Below, piece by piece: positions 1 to 13,741 of a stretch of DNA of 64,000 nucleotides. Each line of letters opens with the position of its first letter. Positions within the stretch are counted from its first letter, which is position 1. The translations under genes and the position numbers were made by a program. The stretch is from the NCBI GenBank assembly GCA_951406725.2, contig OX597841.1:682001-746000 (forward strand). Reading direction: 5' to 3'. Source of the DNA: Octopus vulgaris (lineage: Eukaryota). Under the pieces are notes generated by a model, which worked only from the letters and a program-made list of their open reading frames with translations, did not search any database and was not told the origin of the DNA.

Positions 1-129
1 TCTGATGCCGAGGTGGAAATCCACGCCGCCGGCATCCGAAACTTGTCACATGTTATAATTTCAGATAAGTTCCTCTATTGACATAATATCGAGGTCTCTT
101 TCATTCTTTTGTTGTCTTACCATTTTTAT

Positions 130-172
<43 letters not shown>

Positions 173-874
173 CTTTCTAATTATATAGCACCGATAATTG
201 CCGTGATGCATGTAAAGACGTGTAGTGTGAGACTGGGGAAAACTGTCCATGCTATGTTTCAATGTCTGTAAGTAAGTTAAATGGAAAGCGTTAGAAGCCA
301 GTGCATTTGCGTGTTTATTTGTCATAAAATGCAAGAGAATATCTTTTAACGTGTCCGATATCAATTGTTAAAATAGATTGTGTACTGTTTCAGAAGTATA
401 TCCCTGTTACCTCGTCCACGCCGATGAATTTGAATGGCTTTCTATAATGGGTGTAGCGACGTGAAACGTCCTTTCTTTCATGCCTCTACCTACTGAAACA
501 CCAACCTCAAAACATCCCATCACCATTATTGCTAACATCCGAACAATTTCAGTAATTACACAGCCGTAATTTTCTGTATGTTTAGTGAAGCGCATGTCTC
601 TATTCAATCTCTCCCTGCTCCATTCTTTCTTTCTGTTGTGTGGACGCCCCCAGACGATGAAGTAGACTCGCTCAATACGTAGATATATAGGGAGAAGCCT
701 AGACGCCAGGAGCACAGCTGAATAGTAGTCAGAGCAGAGTACAGGTATCCGAACGTGCGACATAACACTTTCTTTCTTTCTATATTCCTTTCATACAATT
801 CTGTCTCCTTGTGTCTCCTTCTGGTGATCTTAGAGCCAAGAATGTTCCAGTTTCCTTTTACCCGTCCTGCTGCA

Positions 875-1558
875 ATGGCAGTGCTGCTGTTAACCCTTAC
901 GACAATTCTCGTCGCTACATCTGATCAGCAATTCAAAGAAGGCAACTACAAATCTTTGGGTCCAGGTTATTCTTATCGTTACCTTCAGACATCTCAAACG
1001 GAACAATTTCATCAAAAGCGAAGTCTACCGGAATGCGCCCTCATCGCTCTAAACAGCCAATCGGAATTCTTTACTTACAACAAAGTCAGCCATGTTTGTA
1101 AGAATTACTCATCGAAGAATATAATGACAGTCGCCAGAACGAATGACAAGAACGAGATTTCCTTCTATAGAAGTAAGTGAAGTTGTTGTATTGCTTTTCT
1201 TTCTTTTTACTTTCTGCGTAAAGATAACTAAGAAAACTAGAGATGATGTAATCGACAAACTCCTCTAACTTCGAAATTGCTGGCATTGTGCTGAAATTTG
1301 AAACTCCTGTTGTTGTTGTTGTTGAACCTTCATGCCTCTACTTTTAAAATCTACCTGTCTTACTTCGCTATTTTCCACCTGATATATTCTCTATTTGATA
1401 TTTTCGATTTCTACATCGGTTAACCAGCATTTCATTCTTATGTCTTCCTTGGTCACTAGGTCTCTGTCGAGTTATATCCCACGTTCCCTTTTCAAACCAT
1501 ATCTCTCTCATTCTGTCCATCGTAACCAAACCTGCTAGGTTCACATCGAACATAACAT

Positions 1559-1617
<59 letters not shown>

Positions 1618-1663
1618 TTATTGTCATATATTATTATTGTTGTTGTTGTTATTGTTTTGGTGG

Positions 1664-1748
<85 letters not shown>

Positions 1749-2932
1749 CATTATTATTTCAGAGAGCCAATGGATTAGAGCATATGCCATATCAAAGGGA
1801 GCTGGTTCAAAAGTTTACAATTCATTTCTGAATATAGGATGTCCTTCATTATGGGAAGTGGACAAATGCAGAGGTACCTTTTGTCCGAACTTCTTCCGAC
1901 ACCCTCTCCTTGATTTCTGGAACTATCTTCCTATTGATGAGGTATGTATTCATACGTGCGAGGAAGTTCATACAGTATCATTGTTTTCATAATGATAGTA
2001 ATAATGATTAACAGACTTTGGTCAAGTATACATGAATAAGAAACAAATTCAGGTATATGCGCACACATATACACACAGCAGTACATATACATACAACCAT
2101 ATATATAAGAAGACTATACTCAGGCAGAGCTATTTATAATTAGGTTTAGAATTGAACTTATAGGCGTAGACGGGAACACCGAGCAACAGACGGGGGACTA
2201 TGATCCACGTAGAAGCTGGTAAGAATTTTTATCCGTGACAAACCGCAGTAATAATAATAATTATCATAGACAAAAGACTCCCCTTTAGGGGAGTGGTCAG
2301 TAAATGGGAAACAAAATCGATGAAATCAACTTACGATACATGACTGATCAAAGTTTTATTGAACCCAGCATAAATTAATACTGGAGGACCTGGGTGGGAC
2401 TTGAACTCAAATTTGAATAATCTTGTCGTTCTTCTCGTGAGGTGGAAAAATTGAGTAACAAACAAAATCTTGTGGGAACATGTGAGCCAGTAACCTACGG
2501 GATCTCAGATCAGGAGCAAGGAATGAGGTTAGCTAGGACACATCGAGCGGAAACCTCTTTCTGATTTTACAAGACAAGCCATCCGATGAATATCGCAAGG
2601 AAGGCAGAAGCGTGACAGATTAAATAAAACATGGAAAAGCTCAACAGAAACTGAAGAAATGGTTGATGGCAAGACCTGGGGATAACTGCAATTCATTGCC
2701 AAATTTACCAGCCTATAGCGATCTGTTACTGGTGTCCTGTACTCTACATGGAGTTAAGGAAGTTAAGAAGACATATCGTGTGTTTTTCTCCTATATATCT
2801 GACAACTAAACTTAACGTTTCGATATTTTCTCTCATGGATAGATGGCTACACATTTTGGTGGGTAGAAGCATTAGTTTTCATTAATTCTATTAACTCTAT
2901 TTAGCAGACAATGATTGATCTAGAAGCCATTG

Positions 2933-2963
<31 letters not shown>

Positions 2964-3141
2964 ACAGATCGTTAGCCGCTACACTCATTTTCTCCTCTCA
3001 TTGTTTTTTCTGTGTCCCTTTCTGTAGAAGAGCGTAGGCTCGAAACGTAAAAGACTTTTTTCTATTCCTGAGCGTTATACTAATACATCTGTTTGTTTTG
3101 TACGCCACCTGTCTTCGTCTTTTGTTTTTTCGTAAACTCTC

Positions 3142-3217
<76 letters not shown>

Positions 3218-6200
3218 ATATTGCCTGCTTCAGTTTATTGGACTACGGCCTTGGGTTTAGTAGAACGAATACTCTTGTATATATTCTATTAATTTTTTTG
3301 GACGAACCGCTATGTTACGGGGGACATCAACACAAGGAAACCATTTGTCAAGTGGTGTGAGTGAAATACATACACACATACACAGGCGCAAAAACACATA
3401 CAATGTGCGTGTAATGGGGCTAAAAAAGCATGGATTATTTGTGTATTACGAGGTGTATTTTAGTAGCAGAAGTTTGTTATTGTTACCACATTGCGTCATG
3501 CAGCTTGGAATGGAAAACTATGAGATCCTATGTTTTCATAACATTACCAAATGAAATTTCCAAGCGAAGGGTAATTAAATATATATTATTTGATACATTT
3601 ATGGATGGTAAGATACCAATTAGGTGAGTGACAAATAAAACTCGTTAATTTCGCGTGTGAATTAGTTAATTTTTTGGCTCAAAAAGCAAAAAGCAAGGCC
3701 ATATAGGGGGACATGGAGTTATGTACAGGGTGCTGTTCATGTAAAGAGTTCAGGCCATTTGTGGTCAAGGGAGACTTTGAACCGAGTGGTCGTCGGCATC
3801 TTCACTATCTCGTCCGGCAGCTTATTTCACGGATCCGCAACCCGGACGGAGAAAGCCCCTCTCCTTCGATTGAGATGAAATCGTCGCAGATAGAGCTTTT
3901 CGGAGTGACCCCGCAGCCGATGCTCTGGAGCAGGAGTGAAGAACAGCTCTTTCGAGAGGTTACACTTTCCGCTTATGATGTGAGCAAGAATGAGATCATC
4001 ACGGCGTCATCGTTTTTCTAGAGAATAAAGGTGGAGCGTCATCAGCCTTTCTTCATAAGACAAATGCTTGAGATCAAGAACCATGCGGGTAGCCAGCTTC
4101 CGGACTCTTTCGAGATGCTGTATGTCTTTGAGGAGATAAGGAGAAGAGGCTTGAATCCCGTACTCCAATATGGGTCTCACCAGCGTGACATAGAGCGGTA
4201 GGAATATGGCTGCTGTGAGCATTCCGAATGACCGTCGAATCAAAAATAGAACTCCGCGTGCTTTGTTGGCAGTATGGACGCACTGGCCGAAGGCGAAAAG
4301 GAAGAATACACCAAGATACCCAGGTCCTTTACCTGGTCGGTCCTCTCCAGCAGCAGACGACCCGGCTCGAAATCAAGCTGAGTTGCAGGAGAAGAGCCAA
4401 CAGGCAGATGACGGGTTATACAGATTCGATTTGCTCAAAGGAAGGATGTAATAAAAATGAGTGGAAATTAGGCTAACAACTAAAGAAATATATTTTAAAG
4501 TATCTCGATCTCTTTAACTTGAGCCGATTATTCTTCATTATGCGAGCGCGAACGTGTGCGTGTATGTATGCATGTGCATGTGTGTGCGTGTCTATGTGTG
4601 CTACATGTTCATTTGTTTTGCAGGTGAAACTAGTGATTAGCAAAAACCAAACCGATGTGGTAACTATGATATTTAATGGACGAAATACAACCATTGAAAG
4701 CTGGTTCTCTCGGAAAAACTTGAAAAGTTCACCATGGAACGACCTGGCTTCAGCCACCGGACTTGAATTCTCAATTAACGGGCTCGGGTATGTTTATATA
4801 TTTTCTTTTCTTGTGACGTAGAGATTGTCTTGTTATGTAGAGACTTATAGATTTAAAATCACTTTTCGTTTGTTTCTCATATATTTCAACGCTATACATT
4901 TAAACGCGAAACGTTCTGAAGACGAACAACGCATTTTCAGGCTTTCAACATTATATCTTCATTTATTATCATATACAGAATTCAAATGGGAGCAAATATA
5001 GCTTCCGTCGCTAACATTGAAATCTATCGAGCCTTCTGGATACTGCAGCACAGGTGATTTGTTGAGAACAAATTTTCTCTATCAGTCGAGATTAAATAAT
5101 ACTTGGCATGTGGATGCCAAAAGCTATTTTACTCTTTACTCTTAACTCTTTTACTTGTTTCAGTCACTTGACTGTGGCCATGCTGGAGGACCGCCTTTAA
5201 TCGAGCAACTCGACCCCGGGACTTATTCTTTTGTAAGCCCAGTATTTATTCTATCGGTCTTTTTTGCCGAACCGCTAAGTAACGGGGACATAAACACACC
5301 AGCATCGGTTGTCAAGCAATGCTAGGGGGACAAACACAGACACACAAACACACACACGTATATATATATAGATATATATATATACATATATACGACGGGC
5401 TTCTCTCAGTTTCCGTCTACCAAATCCACTCACAAGGCTTTGGTCGGCCCGAGGCTATAGTAGAAGACACTTGCCCAAAGTGCCACACAGTGGGACTGAA
5501 CCCGGAACCATGTGGTTGGTAAACAAGCTACTTACCACACAGCCACTCCTGCGCCGATGCTTTTCAAAAGAAACAGAAATACTGATTTAGCAACCCCGCT
5601 GCCGCTGCTAGAGACTCTTTATCTCTTAATAATACATTTCTGTATTTTCAACACCACACGTCTAAATGAAATGCTTTCTCTTCACCAATTGTGTAGTTTC
5701 CTGGCTTTCGCGTCAAAAGGCATGTTTTAAAGTGCGAAACACGAAAATATACATTCACCTTAAAATGAATACTATAATTAAATTTATTTGTCTCTGTTCC
5801 TTTTAAGTATTATTACATTCTATTATATTTATTTCACTTGGCGCTTTGCTAAGATGTTCAACACGGGAAAATATTATCGTTTATATGTTCGAGCGTTTTG
5901 TAGATTTTTTGCTAAATTGTATGCCTCGTGTGTACTTTTGCCTTTCCTTACATTTTCACATTTGCACAAATCTGCGCGCGTGTGGGTGTGTATGTATGTG
6001 TGTGCATATGTGTCTGCCTGTGGGTGTGCGTTTGCGTATGTCTGTATTTCTGTATATATGTCGTTTATATGTATGTGAGTGCTTACGAACGCATCTTTAG
6101 AGTAAGATAGATCTCATTTGAAATGGAATCTATAGACGGGCCTGTGGGCGGCCACTGCACATTCTAACATCTATGTAGCATACATAACGTATATACACTC

Positions 6201-6998
6201 TCAACAGGCCAATTACTGCAATATTTGTGTCCTGAAATAACATCTTTTGCTCTCACTGGCCGCTGCTGGAACGAATTTCGTTGTCTATCCGATAGACAGC
6301 AAATCCATAATACATGCTATTTCAGGAAAAATACTACAGTAAATAGTCTATCGAGAGTGTGTATATACATTAAGTATGATACACAGATGTCTATTTTAAT
6401 TAAATTCTGATTGATTTAACTGCATATAGCAGACATAATGGTATGTTTACTAGAAGTTTAGATTTTCATATTCTGAAACCCAAACAAGTTTTTTCTTTTT
6501 CTAACTCCTTAGTCTTACACGTCGCTTCTATATAACACTACATGGTTATTGTGAAGGGGACAGAGGCTGGTTAACCATCAATGAGGGACCACTTTACTGT
6601 CAGTACGATAAGTCAGATCACTACCCTTCAATTCGTTATTCTGATACAAAATCGAAAGTCATATGGAACAACGGTAAGTGATATTGTATCTTCTGTGTGT
6701 GTGTGCGTTTGTCTTACTGTGAGTAGTAGTACTAAAAGTTAATTTTGTACTTATTGTTTAGCGGCCAATCAGCCTTGATTCAACTGATTTATATTCAAAG
6801 GCGTTCCATCAGTGACCGACCTACAAAACGATGCGGAGATTCGGCTGCCATTTCTAGTAATTCGAGTGATCACGTATAAAGTACTCCCCACGATATATTT
6901 GAATGTGTTTTTGTTGTTGATGTTTATATTTGTTACTTGCAGGTTATGCATTAGCAGACTCCATGGCCATATTCATCCGCCTGAGGCAGCAGAACTAA
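875..6998 (+). CDS. Gene A: 5-exon secreted protein, PAN/Apple-like N-terminal domain plus uncharacterised Trp-rich C-terminal domain, 285 aa
   Basis: Exons 875-1172, 1763-1941, 4624-4787, 6513-6673, 6943-6998. All introns are GT-AG, phases 1/0/2/1 join into one ORF of 858 nt ending TAA. Signal-peptide-like MAVLLLTLTTILVATS; in-frame upstream ATG at 842 is possible. Motifs ECALIALNSQSEFFTYNKVSHVC, CPNFFRHP, SWFS..NLKSSPWNDL, RRFYI..GYCEGDRGW, YALADSMAIFIRLRQQN*. AATAAA near 7098. Same structure in the paralogs. Confidence 0.88.
3690..4441 (-). mobile_element. 5'-truncated CR1/L2-type LINE (RT C-terminus) in gene A intron 2
   Basis: VKDLGILV...MIRRSF...LYVTLVRPILEYG...DIQHLERV...ATRMV..LKHLSYEERL..LHLYSLEKR, typical of CR1/L2 ORF2 ends; contains stops/frameshifts. 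Confidence 0.85.
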
Positions 6999-7235
6999 CC
7001 CAGCACATGATACCCATTGATACTATTGATGTTGTTAACGTCCATCCAATCCAGCTGACCACCACTGGTCAACCGCATAAGTCAAGTAATACCTGTTAAT
7101 AAAGAATCCATACAAATATTCTATCCAGCATCGGTCTTTTGAGTTGTGATTTTCATTCTCTTTTTCTACAGACAGAGAGAGAAAGAGCGACAGAGAGATA
7201 CAGAGTTGTTGTTATTCCAGTTTACGAGTGTCCAG

Positions 7236-7291
<56 letters not shown>

Positions 7292-10230
7292 AGTTTTTTG
7301 TATGTGTGCGTGTGTGTAGATATTTCAGGACTTGCCTCTGTGTTGAGCGAAAACTGCCAGCAAATGAAGATTATCTGAACTATCTATACTACAATGGAGA
7401 AAACTTCTTATTAATTAGGCATGTGACGATAATTAAAGTACTAAAAAAAACTGCAATTATTAAAGGGCTAATTGTCTGGAAATATTTTTAAAGAAATTTC
7501 CTATAACTTCCATTTCTCAAGTTTCTTGAAGTATTTTTCAACTCTCATTTCTCGCAAATTTAAATATTCATTGCATTCACTGCGTCCAGTAAATCACAAT
7601 TTAAAATATTCTTTGCATTCCCTGCGTCCAATTAATCACAAATTTAAGTATTCTTTGCATTGACTGAAGAGTATTCTATTCTCATTTGCAATGCCTCTCA
7701 CTTACTATTTTAAATTTTTATTTGCTATTTGGAAAACCGACAGTTTATTCTATTAATATAATGCATAATTTATTATTTATAGAATGAAAAATTTTTAAAT
7801 ACCCGTATAATTTTTGAATGTGGGATAGCTGTGAGAAGAACCTCGAAATTTGGCTTATTACTATTAGAAGACAAGAAGAAAACATTTTCCGACAAATACT
7901 CGAAACCTGCACCTTATTCACGGTTTCCCAATACTCTGTTCCACTAAACCAATATTTACACAAGTTGGCAGAACCGTTAACAGGGCGGGCGAAATGCGTA
8001 GCCATATTTCGTCTGCCGCTACGTTCTGAGTTCAAATTCCGCCGAGATCGACTTTGCCTTTCATCCTTTCGGGGTCGATAAATTAAGTACCAGTTACGCA
8101 CTGGGGTTGATGTAATCGACTTAATCCGTTTGTCTGTCCTTGTTTGTCCTCTTTGTGTTTAGCCCTTGTGTGTATTAAAGAAATAGGGTATTTCGTCTGC
8201 CGCTACGTTCTGAGTTCAAATTCCACCGAGGTCTAACTTGCCTTTCATCCTTTCGGGGTCGATTAAATAAATACCAGTTACGCACTGGGTCGATATAATC
8301 GACTTAATCCGTTTGTCTGTCCTTTTTTGTCCCCTCTATGTTTAGCCCCTTGTGGATAGTAAAGAAATAGGTACTACTTAAATATAGGTGTTACGTACAA
8401 AACATTTTAAATGTACGCTGTGTGAACGGGTAATGACTCTCTAACTCTAACTAACCCCAAAACTAGCGCTAACCTTAACCCTAAAAACGAACCCTAACAC
8501 TCACCCCTTCATTTCGTAACGTAGATACATCGGGACCTCTTTGAGGGAAAAAATGTCAGATCGTGTGAATTTTCCAAAACTCCTCTCTGCATCCCATCGG
8601 AACAAATTCTCCATTAAATCCCTATATACTCTGAATTCACAACATCTTTGGTGTATTTATAGATACTTTTGTTAAAAAGTATCCATTTTTCTGCATGTCA
8701 TGAGGCTACAAAGTCGGGAGCGTATACATGTATAGTAGCGCCCTTTTATTTATACGATTTCTTCATTTCATGTTTATTTCGTTCATTGTTTAGGGGAAGG
8801 TAAAAGTTGAAAACCTGCTTCTCTCTGTGTTGTTGGACTAACGTGATGTTTACTTGAAAAAGAGAGATTATGACTGTGATAAATAAGGAAAATACTTATT
8901 AAGCAAGTGAACACTAGTACTCCCTGCTGCCATGTGGGTTCATCTGGTACATCAGATAAACATTTCACAAATATAGGTTTCGAATCTCTGAGATTGTTTA
9001 GTAGAGTGCTGAAAGATTGTAGGCCTTTGAAATCTTACAGCGCTAGGTCCTTACACTAGATGGAGAGGATGAGATATTTGGTACCTTACAATGATGTTCA
9101 ATATGGTTGTTGAGATTCGAAATCAGAACACTAGACCTTTGATTAGGTTACAGTATATTTATTAAAATTCTAGCATTAGGTGGATTATGAATAAGTGATC
9201 TTCAGATATTGACTAAAACTTCTGGTTATTAAATAAGTTATAACTAAATACATGTGGTACAAAGAACTTATTTTTGAGGCAAACCATTGAAGCAAAATCA
9301 TTGAACTGATCTAAGTACAATTACATTACTGGGATCTACCCCGTCATAGTTGAAAGCAGAAGAGCAGCATTGAGGTTCCAACACATAGCAGAATATAACG
9401 AAACAAAACTTACCTTTGTTACAGATCACACTAACAACTGTGTTTGAAAACGTTAACCACTGTCTACTGTTGTCGGTACAATCAACTGATGCCACTGAAC
9501 TACCAAGGAATGTCTGCAAATGTTCGAATTGTTCAATAATGATTTCAACTATTACTTAATCTTCACAGATGCCTCCACCGTCCACTACAGTCGTTACTGC
9601 CGTCTTGCTTCGAGTCTAATGCGCACAATTCTCAGTCGAATTAAAACTAAAATCGATTTAAAAAAAGCAAATTTTTGCAGACTTGAACAGACTTGAAACA
9701 CACTTCTTTTGTCCTCGGAATCTTTAGAAGGCGTAGGTGTTGTTATTTTGTTGTTGTTGGTGGTGGCCTTGGTGGTGGTGGTTGTTTGTAGTAGTAGTTG
9801 CAGTAGAGTTAGTAGTAGTGATTGTTACTTTCCAGTGGAGATTTTAATGGGGCGTTGATAGGGATGTTGCATTGTGTTGGTGATGATGATTGTGGTGATG
9901 TTTTAAGGATATCATTACAGCAGTGTTGATATTTATGGTGTTAATTTTGCAAAAATGGTATGGGTGGTGGTAAGTGGATACAGTGGTTTATACTAATGTG
10001 GTGGCGTGATAGTGGTGGTAGCCTGTTGGTAGTGGTGTTAGTAGTGTTATTGGTGATGCGATGTTGTAGGATGGTAGATGTAGTGCTGGTGATAGTGGTG
10101 GTGGTAGTTCTGTCAATGTTACAGTTATTGTTGTGGTTGTTTTTATGGTGAAAGATATTAATGATAATAACGAAGTTGAGTTTATAGTTGTGCCATATTT
10201 TAGCAGTATAGGTGGTGGTTGGTAGTGATG

Positions 10231-10286
<56 letters not shown>

Positions 10287-11221
10287 TTATTTACATATAT
10301 ATATATATATACACACGGTAAGATACACACACACACACACACGCATGCCCACGCACGCACAAACACACACAAAAACACACACACACACACACACTAACAT
10401 ACACAAACATATACACAAACAAACACATACATGATATAAATGTACATGTATATACATGAACAGGGTATCGTGATAAAGTTGAATGAGGAAGCGTTAAGCA
10501 TTGTAACCCTAGAAATATTAGCCTGAATATGACAACAAACTAAGAAAATAAACAATTGATTTTGTTACAACAATACAAGGTGAAGCGTTCAGCTTTTCTT
10601 TTCTTTGTACCATTGTAAGTTCTGTGTTCATGAACTGGAAAAGGCAAGTTTCCTTTCTAAACAGTACGAATGTTGTACAGAAAATATGACAATAACAACT
10701 CTTTAATCGATATTGATTAGAGAAAGATTAACCATAATACTTACATCATGTAACTTAACTTTGAAGGTTTTTGAATTTTTGCATTTCGATGGGGAAAGCA
10801 CCCAAAAAATCTACCAGGATTAGAGAGAGAAAGAGATAGAGAGAAATGTATGTATACACACACACACACACACACATAATATATTGTGTAAGATATAAGT
10901 TAGAGGTAATGTAACCATCTACAGGATAGATGTATCCGAAGGCGCTCCTGGTATTACCTCAGTATGTATGACCCTTGTTATAAGGTATACGGTAGTAGGT
11001 AATTTAAAAGGTAAAACCGTGGTTTATATATATATATATAAAAACGATAAGAAAGGGAACAATAATAACAGTTAGAATTAGATCAAGGAAAAAAAGATGT
11101 AAAATGTTAGTTGATTCAATAGTCTTAAATTTCAGTGAGGTCCATAATTCCATATATCAGTTTTCCTTTCCTTTCCTTATATCTTCTTCCTACTGCCTTC
11201 TATTTATCTTTGCCATATAAT

Positions 11222-11300
11222 CGTTCTGATGATGTCTGTCAATTGCAACGAGATAACTGTACGTTTACCCCAGCTTGATACACTGAAACAGCTGTAAGCA
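11222..11300 (+). ncRNA. Degenerate hammerhead-like motif (copy at ~54928-55007)
   Basis: GTT-CTGATGA-TGTCTGTCAA...TTGATACACT-GAAAC-AGCT-GTA-AGC. Palindromic AGCT loop, weak stem I. Lies in an element with inverted termini (11040-11080 / 11347-11380) flanked by (TA)n. Confidence 0.5.
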
Positions 11301-11374
11301 TATTCTCATCATTATTAAATGACTTTAAAACACACATGAGGTACATCTAACAGTTATTGCTCCACTTCTTATCG

Positions 11375-11431
<57 letters not shown>

Positions 11432-11621
11432 TACATAGAAGCAAATATATGGCACAACGAAGTACCGATATTTACTGGAAAATAGCGAACGTAATAATAC
11501 GACGCTAATGTATAGCTTCACCGCGTATGTACTCGCAAAAATGCGTGTGTGCAACAAACTTGAAAAAAATTGTCTTACCTCCAGGGACAACATCTGAAAG
11601 ATGAAATACCTAGAAAGGGAT

Positions 11622-11696
11622 AATGTGGGACCGGTTTCAGATTTTTCAAAATATGTCTGCACACATATACTTGATTTATCTTCATCAGCCAACATT
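11622..11696 (-). ncRNA. Minimal type I hammerhead ribozyme in a ~270-bp insertion
   Basis: Minus strand: AATGTTGG-CTGATGA-AGAT...ATCT-GAAAC-CG-GTC-CCACATT. Stem I has one bulge, stem II is 4 bp, palindromic ACCGGT at stem III, GUC triplet. Confidence 0.72.
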
Positions 11697-11697
11697 G

Positions 11698-11743
<46 letters not shown>

Positions 11744-11745
11744 GA

Positions 11746-11780
<35 letters not shown>

Positions 11781-13275
11781 GAGCGAGAGAGAGAGAGAGC
11801 GATTGACAGAGAGAGAGAGATATAATGAGAGAATGAGAAAGAGGGAGAGACAAAAAGACAGACAGAGGATGAAAAGATGTTGAAATTTTGTTTGGAACAC
11901 CCGCGGGCTATCGGAAGGTGAATGTAAGTGGAGTGGTAAAGTGGACTGGAGGAGGTGAGAGGGAACTGAGAAGATGAACATGTGAAAGGGGATTGGACAA
12001 TGGAGGAGAAGAGGGGGGGACATAATGAGAGATAAATACGTGTTTGTGAAGAAGGATATAATATGAAGAATCGTAATCTACGATGTCCGCTGCAGACACA
12101 CTCGAAGCAACATTTAACACAAAGAGAAAGAAAAAAGCAAAGCAGTAACGAATTTTACAGCATAGAATCCGACAAAGTGAATGTCATAAGCATGTAGTGT
12201 AAGCATTTAAACATCGTCTCTATCTTCCGAAATCTTACAGCATTTCACATAGAAATTTCCTTTTGGTTCCAAAGTCGTCTTGGTGTATAAGTCGACCTAC
12301 AATTTGGGGTAAAAATTTTGATTTCAAAAATTCTGCTTGCATTCCAAAAGTAGGGTACAGATTAAATTTGTTGAAACAGAGTAGCAGGACCCTTTCAGAT
12401 AGGAATACACATAGGTATATATGAGAAACATAAGGGAAACAGTGTAGACTGAGCTGAATTGGGAGCTGAATTTGATCATAGGTTTAGGGGACCCTTCCCC
12501 AACACACACACACACGATGGGTTTTTACACGCCCGCAGGTGGGGAGCAAGGTGGATTGGCATACTCGTTAAAATATTATTTGCCTTATTAATCCTGTAGG
12601 TTTCTCAGACTAAATCACGCTGAGGTCAACTTTACCTGTCATCTTACCCTGATCGATAAAAAAAAATATCAGTGAAATTCTTGGCTCCATAACAACTTAT
12701 AACCCACACCCTCCTATTTCAGGCATTGTCTAAATTAGAAAGTCCCAAGATATATATTCTTAGAGAAAGCACCAGATATTTTTCTTAGGTTTCTGGGGTT
12801 TGTATGCGTGTAGAGGCGGGGCCGTCAGCATCACACATCCTAATCTAGTTCACCCAACTGGGGTTGAACAACTTCCAGCTTGTATCCCATTGGCATTAAA
12901 GCACGGATCTGCCCTAATTATCCAAAAATAGTATCTAACCCTTTGCCTGTCGAAAGCCTGTTTATATGTTTGCCCTAAACGTGCACAGTTTAATTTAGCC
13001 TTTCTTTATGTTAATCTCTGAATCATATAAATGTTTTCTTTCCCAAAAGCCCAAGATGAGAACTTGTATAGCAGATGATGCATGGAAACAGACGAAATAT
13101 GTCTTGTGTATCACATGTGATACCCAGGCCAGGAAAAGACTTAAGATGAATGTTATGGAGTCTGTTGATGATTTTCTTTCCTTTATTAGCTTTTCATTAT
13201 ATGTAAACCTCAACAATTTAAGGTTTTCAGTGTTTTGTCCCCCTTATTCTTCGACGTGGTAGCAAATACATGAAA

Positions 13276-13322
<47 letters not shown>

Positions 13323-13741
13323 GAGTGAGAGAGCAGTTCATGCCATCAAAGTGACACTGGGGTAAAATATACGAAGCCCAGTATATCCATCATGACTAAC
13401 CGTCTGATAAGGGTACACTAGACACATGCATCACAACCATATGTGCGTGACATGGTGATCTCATATCAAAATAAACAGCACATGACCTTGCAGGTGTAGC
13501 TCAGTTAGAATTTTCTTCAGGTCGAGTAACCCATCCCACTCGAAAGGTCCCTGAATAAGGGCTGTTTAAGGATGTTGAACGAAACACCCATGTTTCCAGA
13601 GGTCAATTATTCAAACCCCAAAGAATCCCTCTCAACACATGGCTATGATGCCCCCCCCCACTACTTCTGCTCGTGATCAGAGATGCACATATCGTCAGCC
13701 ACTAAGGGACATGCTCAACTGGTTAAAGTCAAACAACTGAT

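Noticed and set aside
1-50. Possible hammerhead (ctgatg...ggcatccgaaacttgtc)
   Set aside because: Core reads CTGATGC rather than CTGANGA and stem I would lie outside the window; cannot be supported.
407-763. 118-aa minus-strand ORF upstream of gene A
   Set aside because: No recognisable domain; homologous copies at 15-17 kb and 63 kb are interrupted in this frame.
8438-8500. Telomere-like ctaacc/taaccc repeats (copy at ~52105-52170)
   Set aside because: Short and degenerate; not a telomeric array.
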